Shown: one piece after another, positions 36,658 through 48,800 of the stretch
How the letters are laid out: each line of letters opens with the position of its first letter
How positions within the stretch are numbered: the first letter of the stretch is position 1
Source: a virus
Direction: 5' to 3' (one strand)
DNA length: 64,000 bases
Virus record (IMG/VR): IMGVR_UViG_3300008108_000057
Coordinates: 1-64,000 of that record
The notes under the pieces: generated by a model
Told to the model about the DNA's origin: nothing
What the model saw: the letters and a program-made list of their open reading frames with translations, nothing else
Database searches by the model: none
Translations under genes and position numbers: made by a program

Positions 36658-38412
36658 ATGTCAACAGTAAAAATTTCGCAGCTACCAAATATTCCTGGTG
36701 GGTTAAATGCAAATACTTCAAACAGTCTATTTCTTGGGGTAGATATTCCCACAGGAATCACTGGTAAATTTACTGCAACTCAACTAGCAGATAGACTTTA
36801 TGCAAATAACATTCTAAACGTTGGAGATAATCCTATTGTTCTTCCTGATGTTGTTGCACAGTTTGCAGGAGATTCTGAAGCATATCTACAAGTTAATCTA
36901 TTGAATAGTGTAGCAAATGGTTCAGCAGATTATGTTGCAACTGCCGATGTTGGTACAGATACTACCCATTACATAGATTTAGGTATCAATAACTCAAATT
37001 ATGGTACAAGTGCATTAGATGGATATTTGGTAGTTGCTGGTGACGGAACAGGTGATCCTGGTGGTAATCTGATGCTTGGTTCTATTACATCAGGTAAACA
37101 AATTGAGTTTATTATTGGTGGATTTGAACAAGCTAACGTTGTTGCAAGAATGATTGATGATACTGGTTTTAGATTGGTGAAAAAACCTATCATTTTTGCT
37201 GACGGAACATCTCAAAATACCGCAGCAGCATCAGCAAGCTTTTCACAAGAAGCTTTTGCTACAGCAAATGTAGCAGCAGCAAATACAGTTGCCATCAATA
37301 CACTAGCAACAGCAGCGTACGGTAGAGCAAATACTGCTTCAGGTAATACTGTGGCGTTGCAAGCACAAATGTCCACAACGAATACCAATATTGCTTCAGT
37401 AAATACATTTGCTCAAGCGGCATTCAGCAAAGCAAACAATGCATTAGCAAACACCTCAGGAACATTTGCTGGAGATTTAACTGTCACTGGAAATGTTACA
37501 GTTCTAGGAACAACAAGTTCTACAGGTCCCATCACAACAGGTAATCTAATTGTAAGTGGTACTTCAACACTTACAGGCAACGTGTCAATGATTGCAAACA
37601 CCTACATGACGGGTGCTGTAACTGTCAACAGCACCATGGTTCTTGCAAACAGCAACTTTAGTGCAACAGAGGCTGCCTTTAGAATTACAGCAGCAGGAAG
37701 TTCACAAATTCCAACGCAGTCCGGTACAATGATGCAAATAACCGGTAAAGCAAACACGCCTACTAGAATACTTGTTGATTCTTTTGGTACTTCAAATGCA
37801 GCATATTCTATCATTGCTGGTAGAAGTGCCAGGGGTACGGTAAATGCGCCAACACCAACACAGAACAATGATATTCTGTTGCGTATTGCTGGCAACTCCT
37901 ATGGTACTACAGGATATGCACCATTCGGTGCAGCAAGAATTGATTTTGTTGCTACCGAAAATCAAACAGATACCGCACGTGGTTCCAGAATTTTATTCTA
38001 CAATACTCCAAATGGTTCAAATGTTGTTAATCAAATCGCTTCATTTAATGCCGATTCTGTTTATTTCACTGGTACTGTAGCACCACAAAAAGGATTCATT
38101 TATACACCGACGATGTTACAAGGTGCTCAGACAGCCTTTACAATTGATTTTTCAACAACATCATTGATTAAAGCAGAATTGGTTGCGGATTTAACTATCA
38201 CACTTTCAAATTATGTTTATGGTAAAGTAGTTGAGGTTTGGTTAACCAATACTAGCGGTAATCAGAGAACAGTTACTCATGGTTGTACAGCACTAAATTC
38301 TACTATCAATTCTACAACATTTAATATGTCGGCAACCAGTTCTGCATACTTGAGGTACTTTAGTATTGATGGAGATCAGGCAAACACATTCGTATCAGTT
38401 CAACACGCTTAA
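36658..38412 (+). CDS. Fibre/baseplate appendage protein
   Basis: KISQLP N-terminus, Ala/Asn/Thr coiled repeats, beta-helix-like repeats. Confidence 0.65.
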   Translation: MSTVKISQLPNIPGGLNANTSNSLFLGVDIPTGITGKFTATQLADRLYANNILNVGDNPIVLPDVVAQFAGDSEAYLQVNLLNSVANGSADYVATADVGTDTTHYIDLGINNSNYGTSALDGYLVVAGDGTGDPGGNLMLGSITSGKQIEFIIGGFEQANVVARMIDDTGFRLVKKPIIFADGTSQNTAAASASFSQEAFATANVAAANTVAINTLATAAYGRANTASGNTVALQAQMSTTNTNIASVNTFAQAAFSKANNALANTSGTFAGDLTVTGNVTVLGTTSSTGPITTGNLIVSGTSTLTGNVSMIANTYMTGAVTVNSTMVLANSNFSATEAAFRITAAGSSQIPTQSGTMMQITGKANTPTRILVDSFGTSNAAYSIIAGRSARGTVNAPTPTQNNDILLRIAGNSYGTTGYAPFGAARIDFVATENQTDTARGSRILFYNTPNGSNVVNQIASFNADSVYFTGTVAPQKGFIYTPTMLQGAQTAFTIDFSTTSLIKAELVADLTITLSNYVYGKVVEVWLTNTSGNQRTVTHGCTALNSTINSTTFNMSATSSAYLRYFSIDGDQANTFVSVQHA

Positions 38413-38422
38413 TAAATAGACC

Positions 38423-39805
38423 ATGGCAAATCAAAATATAATCACATACGGTGCAAGGCTAACAGGAGTCAGAGAGCAATACTATTCTCCTGTTTCTCAG
38501 ATACTTGCTACAGACACTTTTGTGGAAACTTTTTATTGCTTTTTAGCAAAAGTTGATCCTTGGCCCAATGAAAATGTTCCTCCTATACCAACTCAAGATC
38601 AAAAAAGTCTAAAGAAAATATATAAAAATATTTTTGTTGCTAAAAAAGTAGGAACGAATAATATTTCTCCAGTAGTTGAACGAATTGATTGGGTAGCAGG
38701 AGAAACATACGATTATTATCGTGATGATGTTGATATGCTTGAGATAGATCAAAATGGATTCTTAGTAAGAAAATTTTATATCAAGAATCGTTTTGATCAA
38801 GTATTTAAATGTCTTTGGAATAATAATGATGGTGTTGTTTCAGATGAACCTTACTTTCAACCAGGTACATACACATCAAACAATTTGTATCTAGGTACTG
38901 ACGGTTACAAGTGGAAATACATGTACACCGTTGATATTGGTGCAAAACTGAAGTTTATGGATACCGTTTGGATTCCTATTCCTATTGGTAGACCAGGACC
39001 AACATCATTATATTCTCCACCATGGCAAACAACTCCTGCAGGTTCGGGAAATATTGATGTGATTAATGTTCTTGATGGTGGTTCAGGATATAATCCAGCA
39101 AACAATCCAATCACAATAACAGTTACAGGTGATGGAACAGGTGCAACAGGAACAGCAACCGTAGTCAGTAATGTCATTACTAATATTGTGGTGACTAATC
39201 CTGGTGGTAATTACACTTATTCTAATGTAACCATAACTTCAAGTCAAGGTTCTGGTGCAGCAGCTATAGCTCCTGTTTCCCCTATATCAGGACATGGAAC
39301 AGATCCAATATCAGAGTTAGGATGTTCCCGTGTAATGTTTACTATAGAATTTGATGGAAATGAAAATGGATTAATTCCTACAGATATAGATTTTCGTCAA
39401 ATTGGACTTGTAGTAAATCCATATTCACAAGGAAGTTATCCTGATGTTGCAAATTCCGAAATATTCAAAACAACCACTGATTTAGTTTTGGTAAGTGGAC
39501 TTGGAACATATCTAGCCGATGAAACTGTATATCAAGGATCTAGCTTATCAACAGCAACATTTACTGCAACAGTTTTAAGTTTTGATGATGCAACCGGTGT
39601 GCTTAGGTTGATAAATACAGTAGGAACACCAGTACCTAACTCTACAATTTTTGGAAATACGTCTGGTACCGCAAGAACAACTTTAACAATAAGTAATCCA
39701 GATTATGATATTTTTTCAGGACACATAATTTTTGTTGAGAATAGAAGCTCAATTCAAAGAAGTGTCGATGGAATAGAACAATTACGATTTGTATTAGGAT
39801 ATTAA
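38423..39805 (+). CDS. gp8: Baseplate wedge gp8
   Basis: RIDW..G..YD.Y, VFKCL.N, DGYKWKYMY, FRQIGL..NP, ENR..I.R. Confidence 0.9.
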   Translation: MANQNIITYGARLTGVREQYYSPVSQILATDTFVETFYCFLAKVDPWPNENVPPIPTQDQKSLKKIYKNIFVAKKVGTNNISPVVERIDWVAGETYDYYRDDVDMLEIDQNGFLVRKFYIKNRFDQVFKCLWNNNDGVVSDEPYFQPGTYTSNNLYLGTDGYKWKYMYTVDIGAKLKFMDTVWIPIPIGRPGPTSLYSPPWQTTPAGSGNIDVINVLDGGSGYNPANNPITITVTGDGTGATGTATVVSNVITNIVVTNPGGNYTYSNVTITSSQGSGAAAIAPVSPISGHGTDPISELGCSRVMFTIEFDGNENGLIPTDIDFRQIGLVVNPYSQGSYPDVANSEIFKTTTDLVLVSGLGTYLADETVYQGSSLSTATFTATVLSFDDATGVLRLINTVGTPVPNSTIFGNTSGTARTTLTISNPDYDIFSGHIIFVENRSSIQRSVDGIEQLRFVLGY

Positions 39806-39814
39806 GGAAAAAAA

Positions 39815-42800
39815 ATGGCCCTAAATTTTAATGTTGACCCATATTATGATGATTTTGATCCATCAAAGAATTTTCATAGAATACTTTTCAAACCAGGATA
39901 TGCTGTACAAGCAAGAGAACTAACACAATCTCAAACTATTCTGCAAAATCAAATTAGTAATTTTGCTGATGCCATTTTTAGTCAAAATACTCCAGTCTCT
40001 GGTGGAAGAGTTTCACTTAACTTTGCAGCTATAGGAAATATTGGAGCTTATTACGTAAAGCTACAAACTCAATTTTCTGGTGTTGAAATTGACGTTAATA
40101 ATTTTCTAAACAAAGATATTCAAGATGTAAATGGAATTGTTCAAGCAAGAGTTATTGCTGTAGCAGAAGGAACTTTAATTGATCCTCCTACTCTTGTTGT
40201 AACCTACTATACTGGAGCTAAATTTAAGGACGCATCTACAATTATTTGTACCGATGGATCAAATTTTTCTGCCACTACTATAGGCACAAATACATCGGCT
40301 GAAACATGCACAGGTGCATCTTCAACAGTATCAATTTCAGAGGGTATTTTTTACATCATTAATGGTTATAACACTTCAAATGTTCAGAACCCAGATGGAA
40401 CATATAACAGATATTCAATTGGTAATTTTGTAAGTGTTTTACCTCAGACAATTATTCTTGACAAGTATGCTAGTAATCCAAGTGGTCGTGTAGGACTTTC
40501 AATTACAGAAACAATTGTAGATTATATTGATGATACTTCACTTTTAGATCCTGCTGTAGGAGCATCAAATTATCAAGCACCTGGTGCAGACAGATATAAA
40601 ATTTCATTGGAATTAGTTGTATTACCTCTCACACCAGGAAATGATGATCAATTTATTGAACTTGTCAGACTTGAAAATGGTAAAATTCTAAAACAAGTTG
40701 ACGGAACAGTATATTCAGTTATTAATGATTATATTTCAAAACGCACATACGAAACAGATGGTGATTTCATCGTTAATGAGTTTAGTTTTACACCAACTGC
40801 AAATACTGTAAATCCGGATCTTTATGATTTAAAAATTAGTAAAGGATTAGCATATATTCGTGGGTACAGAGTAGAAAATCAGTCAGACATAACATTCTCT
40901 ACCCCTAGAGCAAGATCAAATAACATTATTAATAACAATCAAGTTTATGTTGATTATGGTTCTTATGTGTTAGCAAATAATGTTTCTGGTACCTTTGATA
41001 TTACTACAATGCCAAAGATTGATTTGCATTGTGTAGCAAATTCAAATATTGTTTCAACAAACTCAGTAACATATTCTGCTACTTTAATTGGTTCTGCATT
41101 CTTAAGAAATATTGATTATGAAAGTAGTGTATCAGATTCAGATACATCGTCATATTCATACAAAATGTATATTACTGATGTAAGTGCAAATACTTTAAGT
41201 GGTACAGCATTAGCAGCAGGGTCATCCCCAACAACAATTCAATTTAATGACACTAATGGAAAATTCTCTGCTGTAGCAAACGCATATTTTGGTGTTAAAA
41301 TTTCCGCATTAACTTCTGGTTATACTGATGTTAGAGAAATTGTATCGTATGATGGAACAACAAAAACAGCAACGGTCGATTCACCATTCACATTAAATCC
41401 TACAAATTCTACTCAATTTAATTTACTGTTTTCAACAACAGATATTGAGTCTTTGATTAATGTGCCAAATGGTCCTGCAACACCTACCGTTAGAACTGCA
41501 TCGGCTAACATACCGAATGCAGGAAAATTTAACGGATTGTTTACTGGTGATACAATATTATATAATCCTACTCAAGCGGAACTGCTGTTCACTGTTGGTT
41601 ATCCATACGTATCAAATATTTCTGATAGTAGCTATATTTCACAAAAAGTTTTCAGATCAAAATCTTTCACCAGCTCAGGTGGAAATTTTGTAATGACTCT
41701 ATCGCTTCCTGTTAATACTGCAAATATCAAATTTATTGGAACAGGAACATTATCGTCAGATGCCATTAAACAAAACTTTACTGTAGTTAATAAGGCAAAT
41801 AATAGACAAATTCTAGATTTTGTATCTGCTGGAAATACTGTTGTTATTTCTTCCGACCAAAAAACAGCAACATTCACAACACCTGTTTATGGTACAACAA
41901 CAGTAGATGTTATTGCTGGAGTTTCTGTAGGAAATGCTGATAACTCAACGTTAGTCTTAAAGGCAAAAAATCTTGTAGTAGGAAATACTCAGATAGTGAG
42001 TTATGCTGGTCCTACAGCGATTGTTGATGCTAATACCTATCTTGATCTGACAAATGGACAAATTTATATTAAAGAATCTGCGGTAGGAAAAACAACATCA
42101 TTATATGTTTCTGATGTTAAGAAAATTAGAAAAATTATTAGTACAAAATCGTCAGTAACAGTACCAACAACATCAATGTTGTCTGATTCTTCATATGATG
42201 TAACTAGTTTGTTCTTGCTAGACAATGGACAAAGAGATAACTATTATGATTTTTCTGCTGTTAGATTGAAACCTGGAGCTTCTAGACCACTAGGAAATCT
42301 ATTGGTTATTTTTGATTACTATGCACATACTGGAGGAGATGGATACTTTGATGTAAATTCTTATCTAACCCCAATATCTTCTTCACCAGATCAATATAGA
42401 GAAATTGGTCAATATACAAGTAAAGCGGGTATCAACTACAGACTTACTGACAGTTTAGATTTTAGACCAGTTAGACAGGCACCATCTGGTAGTGTTTCTT
42501 CGGTTCCATTTACTTTGGAATATACTGGGAATCCATCTGCACCAGACGATAGTGGTATCTTAATTCCTCAAAACCTAAGTTACTTTACACATGATTATGC
42601 ATACTACTTAGGAAGAAAAGATAAACTTGTCATAACAAAAGATAATACAATTGATATTATTCTAGGAACACCTTCTGTTAATCCTACATTCCCGGCTGAA
42701 CCTGACGGAGCACTATTGCTTGCAAAGATGACTCTTGATCCATATACAGGTTATATTCCAGGTGAAGATTCGACAACACAACAGACAAATTATAGTATAG

Positions 42801-45800
42801 AAAGAGTACAACATAAAAATTGGATCAAACGAGATATTACTGATTTACAGGATCGTGTTAACAATCTCGAATACTATACTGCATTAAGTTTGCTCGAACA
42901 AAATGCACAGTCACTACAAATTCCAGATTCAAATGGTTTGAACAGATTTAAGAATGGTATTCTTGTAGATGACTTTTCTTCATATGCAACAGCAGATACA
43001 CGACTATCTGAAGGATTTAATGCTAAAATTGATATTGCGAAGAAACAATTGACACCTAGAAGTATTGTAGATAATTTAGCACTAAAAAATCCTATAGTTC
43101 TAAATTCATTGGGAACAATAAAACAGACAAATTCGTTTTATGTTCATACTATTGCCGGTAGTACAAATATATACACTCTACCCTACACAACCAAATTTAT
43201 TACTGGACAAACACTAGCAAGTAGCGTAGTATCTGTAAATCCATTTGGTGTTATCAGAAATGAAGGATCTATGCAATTATGTCCTCCTATGGATAATTGG
43301 GTAGATAATCAACAAGCACCTGATATTCTAGTAGTGGATCCAAGACTACAATTATTTCAAGCTAGTGGAACAAATCTCATTCAAAATGCTGGTAACTGGC
43401 AAACAATTCCAGGAACAACAAGCCAAACTCTTGCTGGTACTTCCACAGCCGTAACCACTACTGGAAACATACAAACAACTACGACAACACAAACATTTAA
43501 TGTATTTGGTAATCAAATACAAAATGTTATTAATTCGGGATATTCTGCAATTAATTCAACTATTGGATTAAACAATGGTTATATAACAAATATTGGGATA
43601 CTTGGATACATTCGTCCACAAAGAGTCCGCTTTAGAGCATCAGGATTACTAGCTAATGCTAAATTAAAAGCATTCTTTGATGGAGTAGATGTATCTAATG
43701 ACATTGTAAGTCCTAACATTATTAGAGTAGATAATGTATCTGGAGTTTTCAGAGAAGATGATATTGTAGGTTTCGAGATAGCTAATGTGTTTTATCCTGT
43801 AGGAAGAGTGTTGGGAGTAACACAGGTACCAGGAGCATCAACATCTTATAATTTGGCTATATTTGATATTGATGGTGCACCAGAATACCTAGCGGCAGCT
43901 ACGCTAAGAAATGCTAGATTCGATGAAAATGGAGTTTATGTTTCAGGATCTACTACCGCTAGTGGACAACTATCATCTGGAGTTTCACCACTAAACGTGT
44001 CTGGAACAATTAGAGGTCCTGCAGGATCACTTATTACAAATGCAAATACAAATGCGAACTTAATTTTTAGATCCACAAAGACTGATGCTACTTGGGGCGA
44101 CTTCTTAAAAATAAATGGTATGTGGGCAACTGGTAATAATATTACCGCATATCGTAGTTGGGATGCAACATATACTTTCACAGCAAACACTGGTGGTAAC
44201 TATGTTATAGCTGCTAGTTCTTGGAGAGACACTACAGCACCATTTGTGAATAGAACAGCAACAATTACTATTGACGGAACTGTTCAAATAAGTGCTACTG
44301 AATTGTATAATGCGACTCCAACGGGAACTGTCAGTAAGACAATCTCGTTGACACCTGGAAATCACACAATAAGAATAACAGCAAATGGTTCTGGTACACC
44401 ACTTGCCACAGTAGCAACTCAATCTGGCCTTGCATGTATTATAACAGAACCAGTAGGAACACCAGGAAGAAACATTGTATTCAATGCTTTATATCCACCT
44501 TCAGTAGATTATCCAAGCGGAACTCAAATAATCTTGCCTCTAGGAGGAGCATACTTTGATGGATTTACAAGAGTTTCTTTGGCCGCAGGAGCAAGTGAAC
44601 AAGATGATTTTTATATTGGTTCAACTATAACCATAACTACAAAATATCTGTACACTTATCTGTCTGATGGTAGCACACTACAAATTCCTGTTCCATTTAC
44701 ATCTGGAGGCGCAGGAGATGGAGGAATTACTGTAGGAAGCAGAACTTATGTTGGACCTGATGGAAGAACTGGATATGTTCTACAAAGCATAGAAACATAC
44801 ACCGCAAATATCATAGATTATGATGGTCAATTAAGAATTGCGACTTTAGATACACCAGTCAATCTATCATTAGGAGATAATCAATTATTTGGAAACATTA
44901 ATTCCACATACAGTATTAAAGGTAACCTTGTTAGTTTAGAAGAAGCAATTATAGATGGCACTACAGTACCAACTTTCTCTAGTGATGCTCAAGGTAATGT
45001 AACTGGTTTATTTGAGATTCGTCCAAATAGATTCAGAACTGGTGAAAGACTCTTTAGACTTGATAACAGAACTATATCTAATGATCCTCTAACTGCTACA
45101 TGTTATGCAGAAGCAACATTTACTGCCTCTGGATTATCATCTTCTAGACAAAAATTAGAATTTGCTCCGTCAGTTGATGCTGGTGGTAAAACTTTTATAC
45201 AAACCAATCAGAGAAGTGGTGCTTTCATAGGTACTGCGACACAAACAACTGTCACTCAGCAAGTAATAGCAGAACAAGGATTTAGAGGTTGTTGTTTCAT
45301 TGCTGGAACAAAGATTACCATGGCTGATGGTTCTATCAAAAATATTGAAGATGTTCAAATCGGTGATGAGTTGATTGGTAAAGATGGTTCTGTTAATACA
45401 GTGCTTGAGTATGTCAGACCTGTATTGGGAGAAAGAACACTAATCTCTCTAAATGATAGCACTCCTTTCATAACCAATGATCATCCAGTCTACATGAAAG
45501 ATGGCACATGGAAATCTTTTGATCCAGTTGCGACAAAATTAAAGTATAAAAAACTTTCTGACTGGAACATAGGTAAGTTGGAAGTTGGTGATGTCATTGA
45601 AACTGTAGACGGTGTAGGATTTAAAATTGAAACTATGTCTGAACATTCTGACAGAGATGATCTTCAAGTTTATAACTTCTCATTAAATGGAAACCACACC
45701 TATATTGCTAATAATCTAGTTGTTCACAACAAGTGTTTTGTTGCTGGTACTGAAGTTCTTATGAAGGACAACACTTGGAAGAATATAGAAGATGTAGAGT

Positions 45801-48800
45801 TGAATGATGTATTAATTGGTGAAAGTGGATCAGAAAACAGAGTAAGAGAATTCCATAGACCAACTCTAGGACTTATGGATCATATATTACCTCATAAACT
45901 GAGATTAGCATCAATTAACAATTCTGATTTTTCTGTATCTGAAGATCACATGATTAAAACAACTTCAGGTTGGAGAACACCGACAGTAGAGATGTGTAAG
46001 ATTCTACATGCCAAGACTTTAGAGATTGAGAATATTGACATTACTCAATTACAACTTGGCGACGATATCATATGCTCCGATGGCTCGCTACTAAGAGTTG
46101 AAAGCATTGAATTTAAAGAAGATGCTCCAGAAATACAATTGTATAACTTTAGATTGTACGGAAACAAAACATACCATGTACGTATGAAAGGTAGTGATAA
46201 GTTTATCTTAGTGCATAACAAGTGCTTTACTTCAGGCACAGAAGTCCTCATGAAGGACAACACTTGGAAGAACATTGAAGATGTTGAAATAAATGATGTA
46301 TTAATTGGTGAAAACGGATCTGAAAATAGAGTAAGAGAATTCCACAGACCAACTCTGGGACTCAATGATCACATCTTACCACATAAACTAAGACTGGCAT
46401 CAATTAATGAATCAAACTTCTCTGTCTCAGAAGATCATATGATCAAAACAACCTCTGGTTGGAGAACACCTACAGTAGAAATGTGTAAGATTCTTCATGC
46501 TAAGACTCTAAAAGGAGACAACATTGATATTTCTCAACTGCAAATTGGTGATGAAATTATATGTTCTGATGGCTCACTACTAAAAGTAGAAACTATTGAA
46601 TTTAAAGAAGATGTTCCAGAACTGCAACTCTACAATTTCAAACTATATGGAAACAAAACATACCATGTACGTATGAAAGGTGCAGAGAAGTTCATGCTAG
46701 TGCATAACAAGTGCTTTACTTCAGGCACAGAAGTATTGATGCATGATGGCTCTTGGAAAAATATTGAAGAAGTCGAACTTGGAGATATACTACTTGGTGA
46801 AGATGGTGCTGAAAATATGGTTAAAGAGTTTCATAGACCTGTACTAGGACTCAATGATCACATCTTACCACATAATCTAAGACTGGCATCTATTAATAAC
46901 TCAGAGTTTTCCGTGTCTGAAGATCACATGATCAAAACAACTTCAGGTTGGAGAACACCTACAGTAGAAATGTGTAAGATTCTACACGCTGAAACCTTGA
47001 AGAATGAAAATATAGACATTACTCAATTACAGCTTGGAGATGAAATCATATGCTCTGATGGCTCATTGTTAACAGTAGACAGCATTGAATTCAAAGAAGA
47101 TGCTCCGGATCTACAACTTTATAACTTCAAACTACATGGAAACAAAACATATCATGTACGTTTGAAAGGTAGTGACAAGTTTATCTTAGTACACAATAAA
47201 GATCCTCTTGCTCAAACGTTCGCTGTTCCTAAAGACAATTATCCAAATGGAGCATTCTTACGTTCAGTTAAGTTGTTCTTCCAATCAAAACCAACTGGAC
47301 CTAATGCTCCTGATGTTGAAGTGTATGTTGTTGGAACGACAAATGGTTACCCTAATGGAAAAAATTTAGATTATTCTGTAGCTAGAGTGAAGGCTCAAGA
47401 TATTAAAATTTCAAATAATCCACATTGGCTTGATCCAGAAACAGCAACGGAATTCGTATTTCCTGCTCCTGTTTACATTCAAAATAGTATTTTTTATGCC
47501 TTTGTTGTATTTTCGCATAGTCCTGACTACACAGTATACTTTGGACAACAAAACGCTGTTGCCGTGCCTTCTACAACAAAAGCATTGCCAACCGATCCTA
47601 ATCCTGCTAACCCAGGGAAAATTGGAGCAACTCCATATGTTGGTGGATTATTCGAATCCCAAAACGCTGTCACCTGGCAAGTTGATCAAACTAAACAAAT
47701 GATGTTTGTAATTGATCAATGTGTATTCACCACATCAGACTCAAAAACTTTGGAATTCTCTTTACCTTCTGGTTTACCATTTAGAGCAATTGATGTTCTC
47801 AACGATATTGTTCATACAACCAGTCCGGCTAGCATCAATAATACTTATGGTAACTTTGCACAAAAGGTACCAGTTATGCGTTCTGATGCAGTAAACGTCA
47901 CTACAACAGATTTTATTCCAACAGGAGCAGTAATTAAGTACACCGCAAGTGCAACATTAAATGATGGTGCAAATACTGTTGTTGGACAGTTCCCTGTGTT
48001 CCCAGGAAGACTTGGATCACCAACATATGATGATGTTGATTATGATGATGGAAGAGGACCAAGAGCGTTGCTTAGAGATGCAAATAACTCATTTAGACTT
48101 TTTGCAACCATGGCAACAGCAGATTCTAACACATCTCCAATTATCGCAGATGATGGTGTAAGTCTGTATAACATTAGATATGTGATTAACAATCTTGAAC
48201 TGTCTAACAGCATGATTGAAATTGTAGATGGAGGAACAGGGTATCATCCAGCAAACGTAGTTGCTACTGTAAGTCCACCTGATATTGGTAGTGATGCTGC
48301 AACATGTGGAGTTGTTCTAACTTCAAATGTAATTACCAATGTGTATTTGACAACCTTTGGTTCTGGGTATGTTAAAACTCCTACAATCACAATTACTGGA
48401 GCGAATACAACTCCTGCTACCGTTCTTATTCGTGGAGAGACTTCATCTGGTGGAGGTAATTTAACAACCGCAAGATACTTGACAAAAGTAGTAAAATTAA
48501 CTCCAGACAATGAATCTGGTGATTTAAGAGTATTCTATACAGCATACAAACCTCTAGGAACAGAAATCTATGTGTATTATAAGATTCTGAATTCGGACGA
48601 TACGGATGTAATTGATGATAAAGAATGGCAATTAATGACTCAGACAAGTACAATATCATATTCACTATCAAAACAAAATCTAATTGAATATGAATGTGCT
48701 CCTGGTGTCAATAATTTAGCAGATAACTTTATTTCATATACAAAAGGAACCGAAACTTACAATTCATTTAATCAGTTCCAAATCAAGTTTGTTATGACAA

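Noticed and set aside
45293-47197. Mobile homing-endonuclease inteins, or an assembly artefact
   Set aside because: Domains are 146-162 aa with no LAGLIDADG/HNH motifs; copies differ at many synonymous sites, so they are not simple duplicated reads
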